Shown here one piece after another: positions 20,971-39,635 of a DNA stretch of 64,000 bases (position 1 is its first letter; every line of letters starts with the position of its first letter). This DNA comes from Salpingoeca rosetta (taxonomy: Eukaryota; Protista; Choanoflagellata). The position numbers were made by a program, and so were the translations under genes. The notes beneath the pieces are model-generated. The model was given only the letters and a program-made list of their open reading frames with translations. It was not told the DNA's origin and did not search any database. The DNA lies in NCBI GenBank assembly GCA_033442325.1, contig JAWQFM010000001.1, positions 1,734,138 through 1,798,137 on the forward strand, written 5' to 3'.

Positions 20971-21051
20971 GACAATCGCAACCATTCATCAGGCAAAAAG
21001 AACCATGGCAGCCGTTAAGCTTTCGCCATGTGCCATCACAACTTGTCTGTC
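20971..21051 (-). promoter_or_regulatory. SECIS element (type II-like) in the GPx 3'UTR
   Basis: Minus-strand RNA: GACAGACAAGUU-GUGAU-GGCACAUGGCG-AAA-GCUUAACGGC-UGCCAUG-GUUCUUUU-UGCC-UGAU-GAAUGG-UUGCGAUUGUC. It has a [AG]UGA..GA core, 11-bp helix II, unpaired AAA and an apical ministem, ~330 nt downstream of the stop of a gene with in-frame UGA. Confidence 0.75.
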
Positions 21052-21381
21052 GAGGGAGAGACCAACACCACTCACACCAACAATGCGCTTGCTTCAAGCG
21101 CCTCTTGAGCAGCAATACACGGCAACACCACCGCTAACATACACACGCAAACCCCGCGTCCAGGGACAGGGCAGCGCAAGGTAAGAGGGGGAAACGGAAG
21201 AAGCAACAGGAAGACGTGCCATTCAGACAACAGCAGCTATAGAGCGGAACGGGAAAAACACACACTGATTTATTGGAGGCGGAGGAAAAGAGGGGGTGAA
21301 GTCAGGGTGGGGGAGATTAAGGTGGCTGGAGACGGGCAGGCAGTTGAGCTGGGTCTCGGCCATGTCACCTCGTCCGCGGCC

Positions 21382-22941
<1,560 letters not shown>

Positions 22942-23788
22942 CACGCTGGCAACCTGCAGCCGCATGCAAAACAAGTAAACATCGCAAGGTCATCAAGTGG
23001 ACTGTGAGGAAGCATGCAGCAGGTGAAGATGCATGTGTGTACAAAAGGCATGCATGCGTACAAAAGGCATGCTCAGCACAGCGGACTAAACTTGAAACAG
23101 TGGCTGGCTGGACGCTGCATGTGTCCAATGTGTGCAATGTGTGGTCTGTGTCTGTGTGTGTGTCTCACACACCATCACGACAGCTGCTGTTCATAGTACC
23201 TCGATGGATGGATGGATTGGATGGATTGCCGGTTTCTGCCACTGCAATACAGTAGTCGAAAATCTATTGAAATTTAAACAAATTTTCATAGGTATCACAG
23301 CCACATTTCCGTCTGTCGTGTCTTTGTAAAGCGACACCACAAAATAGTATATTGAAACCATTCGTGAATATTCGTGAGGACCACCTTTGTCTTTTTTGTT
23401 TGGCTTGTTGCCGCTTGGCGCCCGTGCGTGCCCCTTTGGGAAGCGAAGTTGCGCACACATTTTGCGCTGTCTCCGGCACCCCGCGTCATCTCGCCTTATC
23501 AGAGGTGCTGACCACCTGCGCGAATGACTTGCTCGTTGCGTTGCGGCTGTGGGTGTGCTGTGGGTGTGCTTGTCGTGCGGCGAGAGCGCGCATACAAACC
23601 CAAACAAACCAGGGCCTCGTTTTGCTGCTGCATGCATGCGTCGTTCCTCCCTCACGTCAGTCGGTCATTAACATCGTCGTCGCCGCCATCACCAACTTGC
23701 TTGTCATTGTATTGTCGCATTTACAGCACAACAACTTCCGGTCTTCTTCTTCGTTTGCTGCTCCACTATCCAGAAGAACAACGCAGAC

Positions 23789-24689
23789 ATGTCCAAGGTG
23801 TTCCACCTCAACCTCAGCACCTGCGGCCTTGGCTTCACCATCGCCGGTGGTGTCGACGCCCCTCTGGAGGATGGTATGTTTGTTTTCTCCTGTGTCTATG
23901 TGTGTGTGTGTGCATGTGTGCGTATGTATGTGTGTATGTATGTATGTGTGTGTGCGTGTGTGTCTGTGTGTGCGTGTGCGTGTGCGTGTGCATCCGCCCT
24001 CACGCGTAAGCACACGTGCACTCGCCCCCAACTCACCCGCACGCCCTTCTCTCTCAACTCTCTCAGGTTCGACGGCCATTGTGGTTCGCGACATCCACGA
24101 GTGTGGCGCTGCACGCAAGGCCGGCCTCCATGTTGGCGACAAGCTCATCTCCGTCAACCACAAGCCGCTTGTCAACGTCACTCACCAGGATGCTGTTGAG
24201 CTCATCAAGGACGCCATCCCTTCCCAGGTGCGCACATTCACGCCGTGTATGTGTGTGTGTGTGTGTGTGCTCTGTGTCACGTTGTTTCTTGGCTTGTTTC
24301 CTGCTTCGTTTTCCAAGAACACACTCACACACGCATCCAACTCCCTCTCCACTCCCTGTCCACTTCCCTCCCCTCTCTCGTCAATACGCTCGTTAGCACG
24401 TGACGCTTGAGGTGGATCGCGCAAACATGATGTCTGACGTCACCGTGGACAAGGGCGACGGCGCAGCGGCCGACCGCCTGACCCTTGCTCGCAAGGCCTT
24501 TGAGGCGCATGACCCCGAGCTGTCTCGCCTGGCCCACGAGCTTGGCGCAGCGCCAGAGCGTCACCAGACCGAAGCCGGCCAGTACGTCAAGGCTGCTGTG
24601 TTTGGTGGCATGGATGGCATTGTCACCACGTTTGCCGTCGTCGCCTCTGTCAACGGTGCCGACCTCGCAACTGGCGTCGTCATCATCAT

Positions 24690-24749
<60 letters not shown>

Positions 24750-25502
24750 TTGTGCCTTTGCGCGCGCGTGTGTTTGCTTGCTTGCATGCTTGTTCGCATG
24801 CATGCTTGTTCGCTGGCTTTTGTGTTCGTCTCCACCCCAAACCTCAGTCCCCAATTTCTTTCTTACCTCACACCTCGATCCCAACTCCTCGCACCCACCC
24901 AACACCGCACGCCAGGGCTTTGCCAACCTGATTGCTGACGGCATCTCCATGGGCATGGGCGAGTTCATGAGCGCCCTGTCCGAGTCCCAGTACACTCTCT
25001 CGGAGCGCGTGCGCGAGGAGTGGGAGTTTGACCACAACCCGGAAGGCGAGATCAAGGAGATGGTGGACCTGTACATGGAGAAGGGCTTCTCCGAGGAGGA
25101 GGCGACACAGATTATGACCATCATGGCAAAGCACCGCGAATTCTTCATTGACCACATGATGGTGGAGGAGCTCGGTCTGATGCCACCGGACGAAGGCGAA
25201 TCCCCCGCAAAGAACGGCCTCGTCATGTTCCTCTCCTTTGTCGCCTTTGGCCTCGTCCCTCTCCTTTGTAAGTGCTGACACACAATTCGTGCATGCGTGA
25301 GCCGGGCGTGCCGCGTTTCGCCTGCGCCTGCTGCATGTGCACTATTCCAATCTGGAGTGCCGTCTCGTTCTCTCCCCCAACTACACAGAATGTGCTTTCG
25401 TTTCCCTCACTTTTCACCACCCTCTTCTCTATTCTCACCTGCCATCCTTGCCTCCTCATTTCACGTGGTGTCTGTGCGCCTGTGTGTGTGTGTGTGTGTG
25501 CG

Positions 25503-25561
<59 letters not shown>

Positions 25562-26097
25562 CGTACCTTGCCCTCAGCACCGTCGACTTTGGCAGCAACA
25601 AGAGCGACGCCCTGTTTGGCATTGCCTGCGCCATGACCGCTGTTGCCCTGTTCATCCTCGGTGCTGTCAAGAGCCGCTTCTCCACCCAGTCCTGGTACAT
25701 GTCGGGCTTCTCCGTCGTCATCAACGGCGCCGTCTCCGCTGGCGCCGCCTACCTCGTCGGCCTCGGGTGCGTATCTTGGGCCATCTCTGCATGCTTTCGC
25801 GTCAATGCACTCTGCTGTGCTTGGTTTTTTTTTTTTTTTGCGCGCGCGTGTGATTGTGTTGTAATTTTATGTGTGTGTGTGTGTGTTTACGTGCGTTGCT
25901 TGTATGAACGTGAGGAAACGTTTCTGTGTGTGCTTTTGTTTGCCGATGTGCACATGCACGCATCACAAACTAGTGAGCACGTGTTTTTCTTGAACGTGAA
26001 CCAATGCTAACGTCCCGTCTCCCCTCACCGCCTCACAACCTTGCCACCATGCATCTTCAGTCTTGAGAACCTCGTGAGCTTGAACGATTGCCCATGA
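23789..26097 (+). CDS. PDZ domain fused to VIT1/CCC1 vacuolar Fe/Mn transporter
   Basis: Exons 23789-23873, 24067-24227, 24397-24690, 24916-25267, 25562-25766, 26061-26097. PDZ: GLGFTIAGG..GAARKAGLHVGDKLISVN..VTHQDAVELIK..VTLEV. VIT1: VFGGMDGIVTTFAVV, GFANLIADGISMGMGEF, ERVREEWE, MMVEELGL, FGLVPLL. Confidence 0.9.
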
Positions 26098-26928
26098 GCG
26101 AAGCAATGCCCCAACGTCAACCGTGCATCCATATCCACATTGCTTTTGGTTTCCCCTTTCGCTTACATCTCAGCCAGACCCTGTTTCCTTGAATTTTTTT
26201 TTTTTTTTTGGTTTTGGCCCCCATTTCTTCCTGACTCTCCTTTATTCTGGAACCTTTTCTTGTTTGAACTGCCCCTTGATGTTTGTCTTTGTGCCACTCC
26301 TCTTGATGCGTGGGCATGCACCCACCCACCCAATACATGCACATCGTTTCCCTTTGTCTCCCTCAGTCTTCTTTTCCTGTTTTGTATTATGAAAAGTAAC
26401 AACCACACTTCGTCCATCTGTCGTTTGGCTGTTTGTTGGTTGGGTGCTTGTTCTCCCAACTGTGCTGTGTGCTGCGTTGTGTGCTCAGTTTTGGTTTATC
26501 GAGACAGGAGCACGCAAGCCCTTGTTCCAACCGTGCGCACGGAACACACCCTCACGAATTACACAGCAACACACGATATCACTCGCAGGGCAAAGAGAAA
26601 AGGAAGCGAACCAAACTGTGAAGAAGGAACAAAGAAAGAACACGTGCGAAGAGAGAAACGAGCATGAAAACACACACGCACACACACACACACACACACA
26701 CAACCTATCATCAAGCAATGTGCAGAAAGCAAAACCAAAAAGGAGGAGAGGTTTGGGTGGACGAGTTGATGACAAACGACAACAAACCGACAACAGGCCA
26801 CAGTTGAAAATGATGCGATGGCGAGCGCACACCAGCCTTGGCACAAACGCGAGTGTCAACATGACACAACACCACTCCCCTCCCCTCTTCCAAAATGCGG
26901 CACAACCATGTTCAGCGCGTGCGGCACA

Positions 26929-30968
<4,040 letters not shown>

Positions 30969-31028
30969 TGCGTGCTGTGTGTGATGTGATGTGTGCTAGG
31001 TGCACGTGTGTGTGTGTGTGCTAGGTGT

Positions 31029-31069
<41 letters not shown>

Positions 31070-31475
31070 AGAGTGTCCCAAACAAGATGGGGTGGATGGA
31101 GGTGGAGGGGTGTGGATGTTGTTGTTGTTGTTGTTGGCCCAATCTCAGCAGCGAGCGAGCGTCAGCCAGTCAGCCCAGTTGTCGTGGTGGATAGAGCGCC
31201 AACGCCAGAGTGCGTCCCTGCGGAAATCTGCCGGAAGACTTCAGCACAAATCTTGGAATTTTCTGGCAGGCCACAACACCACAAGTTAAACCGGAAAAGA
31301 ACCCCAAACACTGCAAGCGCGAAGCAGCGAGCAAACGCACCAACCAAGACAGAGACACGTTGCTGCACACCACGTCTCATTCACCCCACATCCAAGACAC
31401 AGCCAAACCAACAATAATACTCTTCTGACTGAGAGCGTTGCCACGCGCGTCTTCCCAAAGCACACGTTAGCAGCC

Positions 31476-31610
31476 ATGGCCAAGTGGGGAGAAGGGGACC
31501 CGCGCTGGATTGTCGAGGAGCGTCCAGACGTCGCAAACGTCAACAACTGGCATTGGTGAGCCCCAGGGGCGGGTGGGGTGATTGTGTTTGGAATGTGAGA
31601 CTGCGCGGCC

Positions 31611-31691
<81 letters not shown>

Positions 31692-31996
31692 TGTGTGGGT
31701 GTGTGTACGTGTGTGTACGTGTGTGGGTGTGGGTGTCGTGTCGTGTGTGGGTATGTGTGTGTGCACTTTGTTGCTTGTAAGCCGCTTGCGCCCTCTATCG
31801 TGTGTACCGTGCACCAGTTCACTCAACGTGTTTGGCTGCACGCTGCTGCTGCCGGTAGGACGGAGAAGAACGCCACACCTTGGTCCAGGCAGTTTCTGCA
31901 ACAGGAGCTCAATGGGCTGGAGGTCTCCTCGGATGCAGGCACCGTCACCTTCTCAGATGTCCAGGTCGAAGGTGAAGCCACCGCCAAGTACGTATT

Positions 31997-32068
<72 letters not shown>

Positions 32069-33204
32069 TCACCCCACCGACCACACGTGTGTGTATGTGT
32101 AGTGTATGTGCATGTGCTGTCCGTGCTTCTGCTTGACCGCATGCTGCCCGTGCTTCTGCTTGACCGCAAACACATGTTCATGTGTTAATGTTGCTTCAGG
32201 ACGCTTGTGCTTGCTTGCTGTCCACCTCGCTTGCGTTTTCTCACACTGAATCATGGTCACACACGCTCACTACAGCAACCGCAAGGCAAAGCTCATCTTC
32301 TTCTATGAGCTGGAGGTCTCCATGAAATGGAAAGGTTCGCTCCCTTGCCTGCAGCGGCTGCAGCTCTGCTCTTGCTGCAACACTTCCCCTCTTCCCATCT
32401 CACCTTTGTTGCTTCGGGTCCTCTTTCCCTTGTGTCTCACAACGGTTACCGCCTCCAAAATGGCTGCGCAGGCAAGACAGCGGATGGCAAGAGTGTAAGC
32501 GGCAAGTTCAAGGTGGAAAATCTCAGCGAAGAGTACACCCCGGATGAGTTTGAGGTGCGTGTATCCGCTTGAGATGGAGCGCAGACATGTGTCTACTTTG
32601 TGGTTCGTGCACAATATCTGCGTTTCGTGTGCACGTGCCTGCGTGTGCCCAGCCGGGCCCACATTGCTGTATCTTTGATGTTGTTGGCCTTCTTGTTGCC
32701 TTTTCCCTGTCTCTTTGCTCTTGTTTGTTTGCAAGCTACTGCTTCCTGCTGTCTTCTCCTCGCTCAGCCATAACGCTGGTGCTTGCACGCGTGCATGTGG
32801 TTTGCAATGTGTGTTGTGTGTGTATTCATGTGTGTGTCTGTGTGTGTATTCATGTCTGTGTGTGTGTGTGTGTTGTTTTCGGTTTTCTTCCCCAGTTTGA
32901 GGTGAACATGAGCAGCGAGGAGACGCCAGCGAGGCGGGCGGTGAAGGAGATGGTGCGCAAGGCCGGCGCCGAGGCCGTCAGGGCAAAACTCGACAAGTGG
33001 TACAAAGTGCGTATCCCGCTCACACGCATGACATCGCGTCATCAATGCACGCACACAAGCACATCCTTGCACATGCATTTTTTTTTGTTTTGCGTTACTA
33101 TGTGAGAGTGTGAGCACCACTAACAGTGCTATCGCACTGCTTGGCCGTGTTGTAGGAGCTGCGCGTGGAGTTTACAAAGGGCATGATTCTCCCAACAAAG
33201 GCGA

Positions 33205-33245
<41 letters not shown>

Positions 33246-33391
33246 GTGTGTGTGGTAGATTGCGTCAATGTCGTCTCAGCCCTGTGCCTGGGTTTGGTCG
33301 AGTGCACTCGTGTTTGCAGTGAAAATCCCAAGACAGCGGCCCCACTGCCCTCTATATGAGTCTCCTAACCCCTGTCACCTGTTTGCTTTGT

Positions 33392-33431
<40 letters not shown>

Positions 33432-33740
33432 CAGGCTACCCCGAGCGCGCCGACAAGTGGGGTGATCATCCACTCTGAGAAGAAGGACGCATCGTCCTCT
33501 GCTGTGGAAAAGAAGGAGAAGGAGGTGCAGCCGCGCGGGTCCTTTGAGATGGACGAGGAATTTCTCTGCAGCCCATCAGACCTCTTTCAGTGCTTTGTCG
33601 ACGAAAACGTGCGTACACCCTTTCGCCTTGCATGTGTAGACTGCTGCTTCTTGGCTGGTGTTTGGGGCGGGAGGATGATGTGCGGTTGGTGCATGTTGTC
33701 TCTTGTTCATGATCCGTGCCCTCATCTCCTGGCAACAACC

Positions 33741-33815
<75 letters not shown>

Positions 33816-33973
33816 CGGGTGAAGGCGTACACGCAGGCTGACGCGAGCATTGAGGCGAAGATGGGCGGTTCGTTTTCGCTCTTTGGTGGGAACGTCACGG
33901 GTGTCATCAAAGATCTGATTCCAAACGAGCGCATTGTGCAGGCCTGGCGCTTCAAGTCCTGGCCCGAAGGTGC

Positions 33974-34023
<50 letters not shown>

Positions 34024-34220
34024 CTGCCTGTGTGTGTGTGTCTGTCTGTCTGTGTTCTTGCTTCATTGGGTTTGCCTTACTGACTCTCATGTCACATCAC
34101 CCATGATTCACAGGCATGTACTCTGAGGTGACAATGAAGTTTGTGCCCGGTGATGGCTGCACGCACCTCAAGCTCACACACAACAACATCCCCGACAGCG
34201 ACCTGGAGCGAGCAAAGGTT

Positions 34221-34311
<91 letters not shown>

Positions 34312-34486
34312 CTCCTTTCACCTGGTGTGCCGTTGTTCTGTCCCAGCTGGCGTTGACCGTACCGTGCTCGCTGACTCACTGTTTTGTCCCCGTTGCGTGC
34401 GTACACAGGAGGGCTGGAAGCGCCATCAGTTTGAGCGCATCAAGGGCATGTTTGGCTTCGGCACCTCGCTCGCTGGCCTCATGTGA
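31476..34486 (+). CDS. AHSA1: Activator of Hsp90 ATPase Aha1
   Basis: MAKWGEGDPRWIVEERPD..NVNNWHWTEKNA; NRKAKLIFFYE; START-like C domain FSLFGGNVTG..IVQAWRFKSWP; EGWKRHQFERIKGMFGFG. Confidence 0.95.
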
Positions 34487-34972
34487 ACACCGCCCCGCGA
34501 TGATCATGGCATGTGTGTGTGTGTGTATGTGTGTGTGTGTGTGTGCACGGGTGTGCACTGCATACCACGCTGGTATCTGTGTCACTTGTCATTGCTGTCG
34601 CCGTTTCGCCTCGTTGTGCTTTGCTTGCTGGCTTGCTTGCTTGTTGTCATGTCACGATACTCGTCGTAGTTGGTTCGGTGTACTGGAAGAATACAACCTC
34701 TTTGAGATGCAGCTAGTGAGCGACTACGAAGCAGGGCAGTAGAAGTGAAAGGAGAGGCTGGAGTACAGGTGGAAAGACGAGGTGGGGAGGGAACAGGCGG
34801 GAACAGCGGTGGCGTCTGGCCTGCAGACGAGAGAACGCAAATGTGGAAAGGGAACAGGCGGCAGGGGATGGACACTGCATGTGGCTATGAAGGAACTGAT
34901 AAGAGGGACACTGACACGGAGAGGCACGCACGCACAGGTACAACGGAGAGGTCACAGCACACACGCATGAGT

Positions 34973-35006
<34 letters not shown>

Positions 35007-35337
35007 CTGTGCACAGATGCACGCATGCAACACACACGCACAGACACATGCACACAGACACATGCACACAGACACACACACACATGCACGCACACACATA
35101 CACACATGCACGCACACACATGCACACACACACACACACACGTGTGACCTCGATTGCCAACCCTGACTATGAGCGGCTGCTTTACACCGTCAACGTGGTG
35201 AGCGCAGTGTCTTCAAGACAGTGTGGGTGGGGGGGGGAGGGCAGCACGCCAGATGTGTCAACTCATCGTCGCATGGCGTGCTGCGGTGCTGCTGTGCTGC
35301 GGTGCTGCGGTGCGGGCGTGCTTGTGCTGTGCGGTGC

Positions 35338-35571
35338 TCAGGCGAGGACGGACCGCGGCTCGCAGGGCACGTGTGGCGGGCACAGGTGGCACGCGCCCGA
35401 GTAGCAGAGCAGGGCCAGGATGACGACGAAGATGGTCAGGCAGCGGTAGCACACATTCTCAATGTACACGAGGTAGGCAATGAGCAAGAGGATGAGCTCT
35501 TTAGGAATGAGGCCGCCGGCTTGCGGGGACGCCACCAGCCATGCAGGCAGCATCAACACCAAGCACATCAT
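35338..35571 (-). CDS. BLCAP/BC10-like small membrane protein (77 aa, single coding exon)
   Basis: MMCLVLMLP..L plus hydrophobic segment and E-x-x-C-x2-C-(hydrophobic)-LLCYS, resembling BLCAP ([31 protein letters not shown]). Confidence 0.6.
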   Translation of the reverse strand: MMCLVLMLPAWLVASPQAGGLIPKELILLLIAYLVYIENVCYRCLTIFVVILALLCYSGACHLCPPHVPCEPRSVLA

Positions 35572-35984
35572 GGTTGCAGATTGCCTTGTTTGTTGCTGTT
35601 GTCTCTTTTGTGTGTGGTTTTGGTGCGGAAGTGAGACGTGGTTTGGTGCGTGTTGACGTTGTGGTGTTGGGATGTGATTGATGTGATGCGACTCTTGGCG
35701 TGTTGGTGCTCCATTTCATGTCACGTTGACGACAGGTGTTGTCGTGATGAGAGTGGACTTGGGGAAGCGTGGACCGAAACAAGCCATTTGTGTGTCATAC
35801 AAACAGCAACAGCCTTGACAGGACAAGACAGCGACAGCGACAGCGACAGGACGACACACAAAGCAGGTCGGTTGATGGGTGAACAGGTGCTGGTGCAGGT
35901 GAACAAGGGAGGGGTGTTGAACGCAGCAAGGGTACGGGCAAGAAGCCGCGGTCCTGGCTCGCCGGCCATCTTGCTTGGTTTGGT

Positions 35985-36756
35985 TTAGTCGAGGCGAATG
36001 CCGCCAAACTGGCCCGTGATGGCGACGACCATGTTGGTCACCGCCTGCAGCTGGGGACCGGCCTTGACGGTGTATTTGAGGTCCGTGTAGCCCCACCTGC
36101 GCACCCATCACACGCGGAAGGGGGGGGAAGAACACGTCGCAATCGGGTGTGTTTGTTGATCAGCGCAATGAGGAAGGCAGGGAAGGCATGTGCAAAACCG
36201 ACGAGAAGCGAAGAGGACATGTGCAACATGGAACAACATGGAACGTAATGCTGTGCCGCAAACGTGTGCGCAAAACAGCGAGAGGGGGGAGAGAGGAGGC
36301 ATGCATGCGATCAATCAAGCAAGCAACCAAGCAAGCAACCAAGCAGGTCAGGGGCAGACATGCGTGCAACCAAAGAACGCCTTTCAGATACAAAACGAAA
36401 CAGGCGTCCTCAAGTGCACAAGACGGAGGCAACGCACCAGTCAAAGCAGCCTTGTGGATTCTCCGGCATCATCATGGACTTCTTCACCTAGTGCATGAAG
36501 AGCAAGCAAGGGACAACAATTGAAAAGCGGATGGAGCGACGAACGCATTAGTTTGCCATGAGCGCACCCTCAAGATGAAGCAATGGTGTGGCAGCAGGTG
36601 GCACTTGTTGAGATCACACGCACAGAAGCGCATACATATTCAGACAGAGACGGTCGCAGACGCAAAGAAGCACAACACGCAGTAGTGACAGAGGCAGAGG
36701 TAGAGATGCACAACGAGACTTGCACACAGACGTGCACATGCACACGCACACATGCA

Positions 36757-36787
<31 letters not shown>

Positions 36788-37907
36788 TACCTGTGGGTAG
36801 AGGATGACGAGGTTGTTGGTTTCGGCGTACTCGTTGAGACCGTTGTGGACGACAAACTCCTCGCCAATGGTGCCAATGTCCTGGTTGCAGCCATGGAAGG
36901 TGACAACGAGACGGCACTTGGTGCCGCTGGAGCACTGGCGCGGAATGTACGCAAACCCGGCCTCGCCAAAGCTGATGTGGCCGGGGCTACCGGTCTTGAC
37001 ATACTGGGACTGCTCGAAGCGCAGCATGTTGCCGGGAACAAAGGTGCCTGCGGGCTTGATGTTGCCGTCGTAGATGTGGTTGAGGAAGTCGCCCACGGCG
37101 TCGAAGCTGCAGTTGTTGATGTACGGGTCGCCCAGGAAGTCGCACGAGTGGCCATACGTGGTGGTGATCCAGGCGTGCTCCGCAGGGTAGCTGTCGATGT
37201 ACTTGATGTTGCTGGTGTTGTTCACGAAGCGCTCGTAGAACTCCTTTGTCTTCTCAACAACGCCGGACTTGACAACCGTGTCGCGCTTGCCCGTCCAGAT
37301 CCAGACCTTGTCCCCGCTCATGTTGGAGGTGTCGTCGATGGCGTTGAGTGTTGCCGCGGTCTTTGCGGCCTGGACCAGCTTGTCCACCTGGATCAGCATG
37401 GGCTCCTTCATGCAGTTCATCAGGGCGGCTTCCATGTTGGCGTGGGCGCAGTCGTACGGTGGGCCGGCAAAGATGGCCGCCCCCACAAGGTTCGAGCTGT
37501 GCGCAACATGGAACTGGGATGCAAACGCTCCACCAGCACTGATGCCTGGCCAGTGAAAAAAAGAAAAAAGAAAAAAAAAAAGCAGGTGGGCGGTGGATGT
37601 GAACGCGCGCGTAGATGTGAACGCGCGCGTGAATGAGAACGCGCGCGTGAATGAGAACGCGCGAAGATGTGAGCACACGCACGAGCACACGAGCACACGC
37701 ACGAGCACAAACACAAGCGCGCACAAAGCACACACACAAAGCACACACGAAGCGTACACAAGCAGGACGCTGCACTTTTTCGCTTTGTGGCTCACCAGCA
37801 ACAGAGATGGCGTCAATGTCGATGTTCAGGCGAGGGAGAGGATCGGCAAGAGCTGCAGTGCTGCCCACTGCCAGCACACACGCAATCGCAAACCACTGGC
37901 CACTCAT
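35985..37907 (-). CDS. Secreted poly(3-hydroxybutyrate) depolymerase-like esterase (type II catalytic domain)
   Basis: Exons 37907-37796, 37545-36791, 36487-36438, 36096-35985. Signal peptide; lipase box G|ISAGG; AGPPYDCA; GKRDTVV (Asp); AEHAW (His); YINNCSFD; CRLVVTFHGCNQ; YAETNNLVILYPQ; NPQGCFDWWGY..Y..K.GPQ. Confidence 0.9.
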
Positions 37908-38117
37908 ATTGGGTATCGGCGCAACAGCAAACAACAAACAACAGGCAGGACAGCTTCGAGCTTGGAAAATTAATGGACATCGTTTATGGAAAATCGATGG
38001 CGGGGAATGCACACAGCGAGGTGGCGGAGACGAGCGGAAGAATTGAGGCAACACACGACAACACACGACAACACACACACACACGCATACACACACATAC
38101 ACATACACACACATTGT

Positions 38118-39484
38118 CTAGCTGAGCAAGTAACGAATCAGGATGGCGCACACAGCGGCAACGGCAGCCCACGTGAGACCGCGCATCAGGTGGCCTTTTC
38201 GCCACTCTTCCAGCGCTGCCTCGTCCATTTCCTCGCCGTCATCCTCGTCCTCATCATCGCCGTTCCCAGGTTTGCTCGGATCAAGCGCAGAACCCATCAT
38301 ACGCTTGTACATTCTGCTCACAATTGCGCACGCGCGTGTGTGTGTGTATGTGTGTGTGTGTGTGTATGTGTGTGTAGGGGGGGGGTTAGGGGGGACAATA
38401 CAGAGCCATCCGCATGAGCTAGGATCAAAGACGTTGTACGCATGCGCATGCGAGTCACACAACGACAATGGTCATCAGCGTGTGCATCATCGTACTCGGC
38501 TTGCTGTTCCCTGTCCCGCTGCTGCTCCATGCGTGCACGGTGCAGGAGTGGCGCAAACAACTGCATGCATTGCATGCACGTGGAGAACGGGAGAACAAAA
38601 CATGTCAGCGCACGTCGACACACTCCAACACCACACACACACATGCACACACATGCACACACATGCACATTCTCTTCTAAACACACATACACGTGTGCAC
38701 CTTCTTGTTCTGTGGCAATCCTTGTTCTGCGACCTCTCTCGCAGCATCAAACTGCTTCAATCCAAGCAGTGCCTGTGCAGAAACACTAAAATCAGCACAG
38801 TGGATGCACAACACCAGGGCTGCATGCAAACCACACACACACACACATGCTCATGAACATGTGCGTGCACATGCAGAAAACACGGCAACGGCACGGCACC
38901 TGTGCCTTGCGGAAGAGGGCCTTGGCGTTGTCCTTGTCCACGCTCAGCACAAGGTCACACTTGTCGCGCGCCAACGCGTGTTTGTTGAGCTGAAAGCAAT
39001 GCACATGCCAACAACGCAGCAAACAAGAATGACCATGTGAATAGAAACAAGCACAGCTGTTTGCTGAAGCAAGCAGCGACACCAACATGCATGCACACGC
39101 AGTCACACGCATGCACACGCAGTCACATGCATGCACACGCAGTCACACGCATGCACACGCAGTCACACGCATGCACACGCAGTCACACGCATGCACGCCC
39201 ACCTTGACAAAGATGAGGGCGATGTTGTTCCAGAACGGAACGCACGTGTTTCGGAGTTCCTCCTCCTCTGGCATGGCCTGTAGCCCCGCCATCATCAAAA
39301 ACGTCATTTGCAAATGGGAAAAAGGCGCAACAACAGAGGAAGCACGGGAGACCGACAGGGCCAGATCACCAGACTGGCTGACAAACGGACCGACTAAATC
39401 ACAGACTGACAGACTGACAATTAATTGACAAACGAACAGAAACGCAGCGCACGGACGCTTTCCTCAACAGAGGACACCCCACGC

Positions 39485-39553
<69 letters not shown>

Positions 39554-39554
39554 G

Positions 39555-39635
<81 letters not shown>

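Noticed and set aside
31255-31270. Heat-shock element upstream of AHA1 (GAAttTTCtgGCA)
   Set aside because: Only two perfect nGAAn units, and it coincides with the generic AATTT promoter patch.
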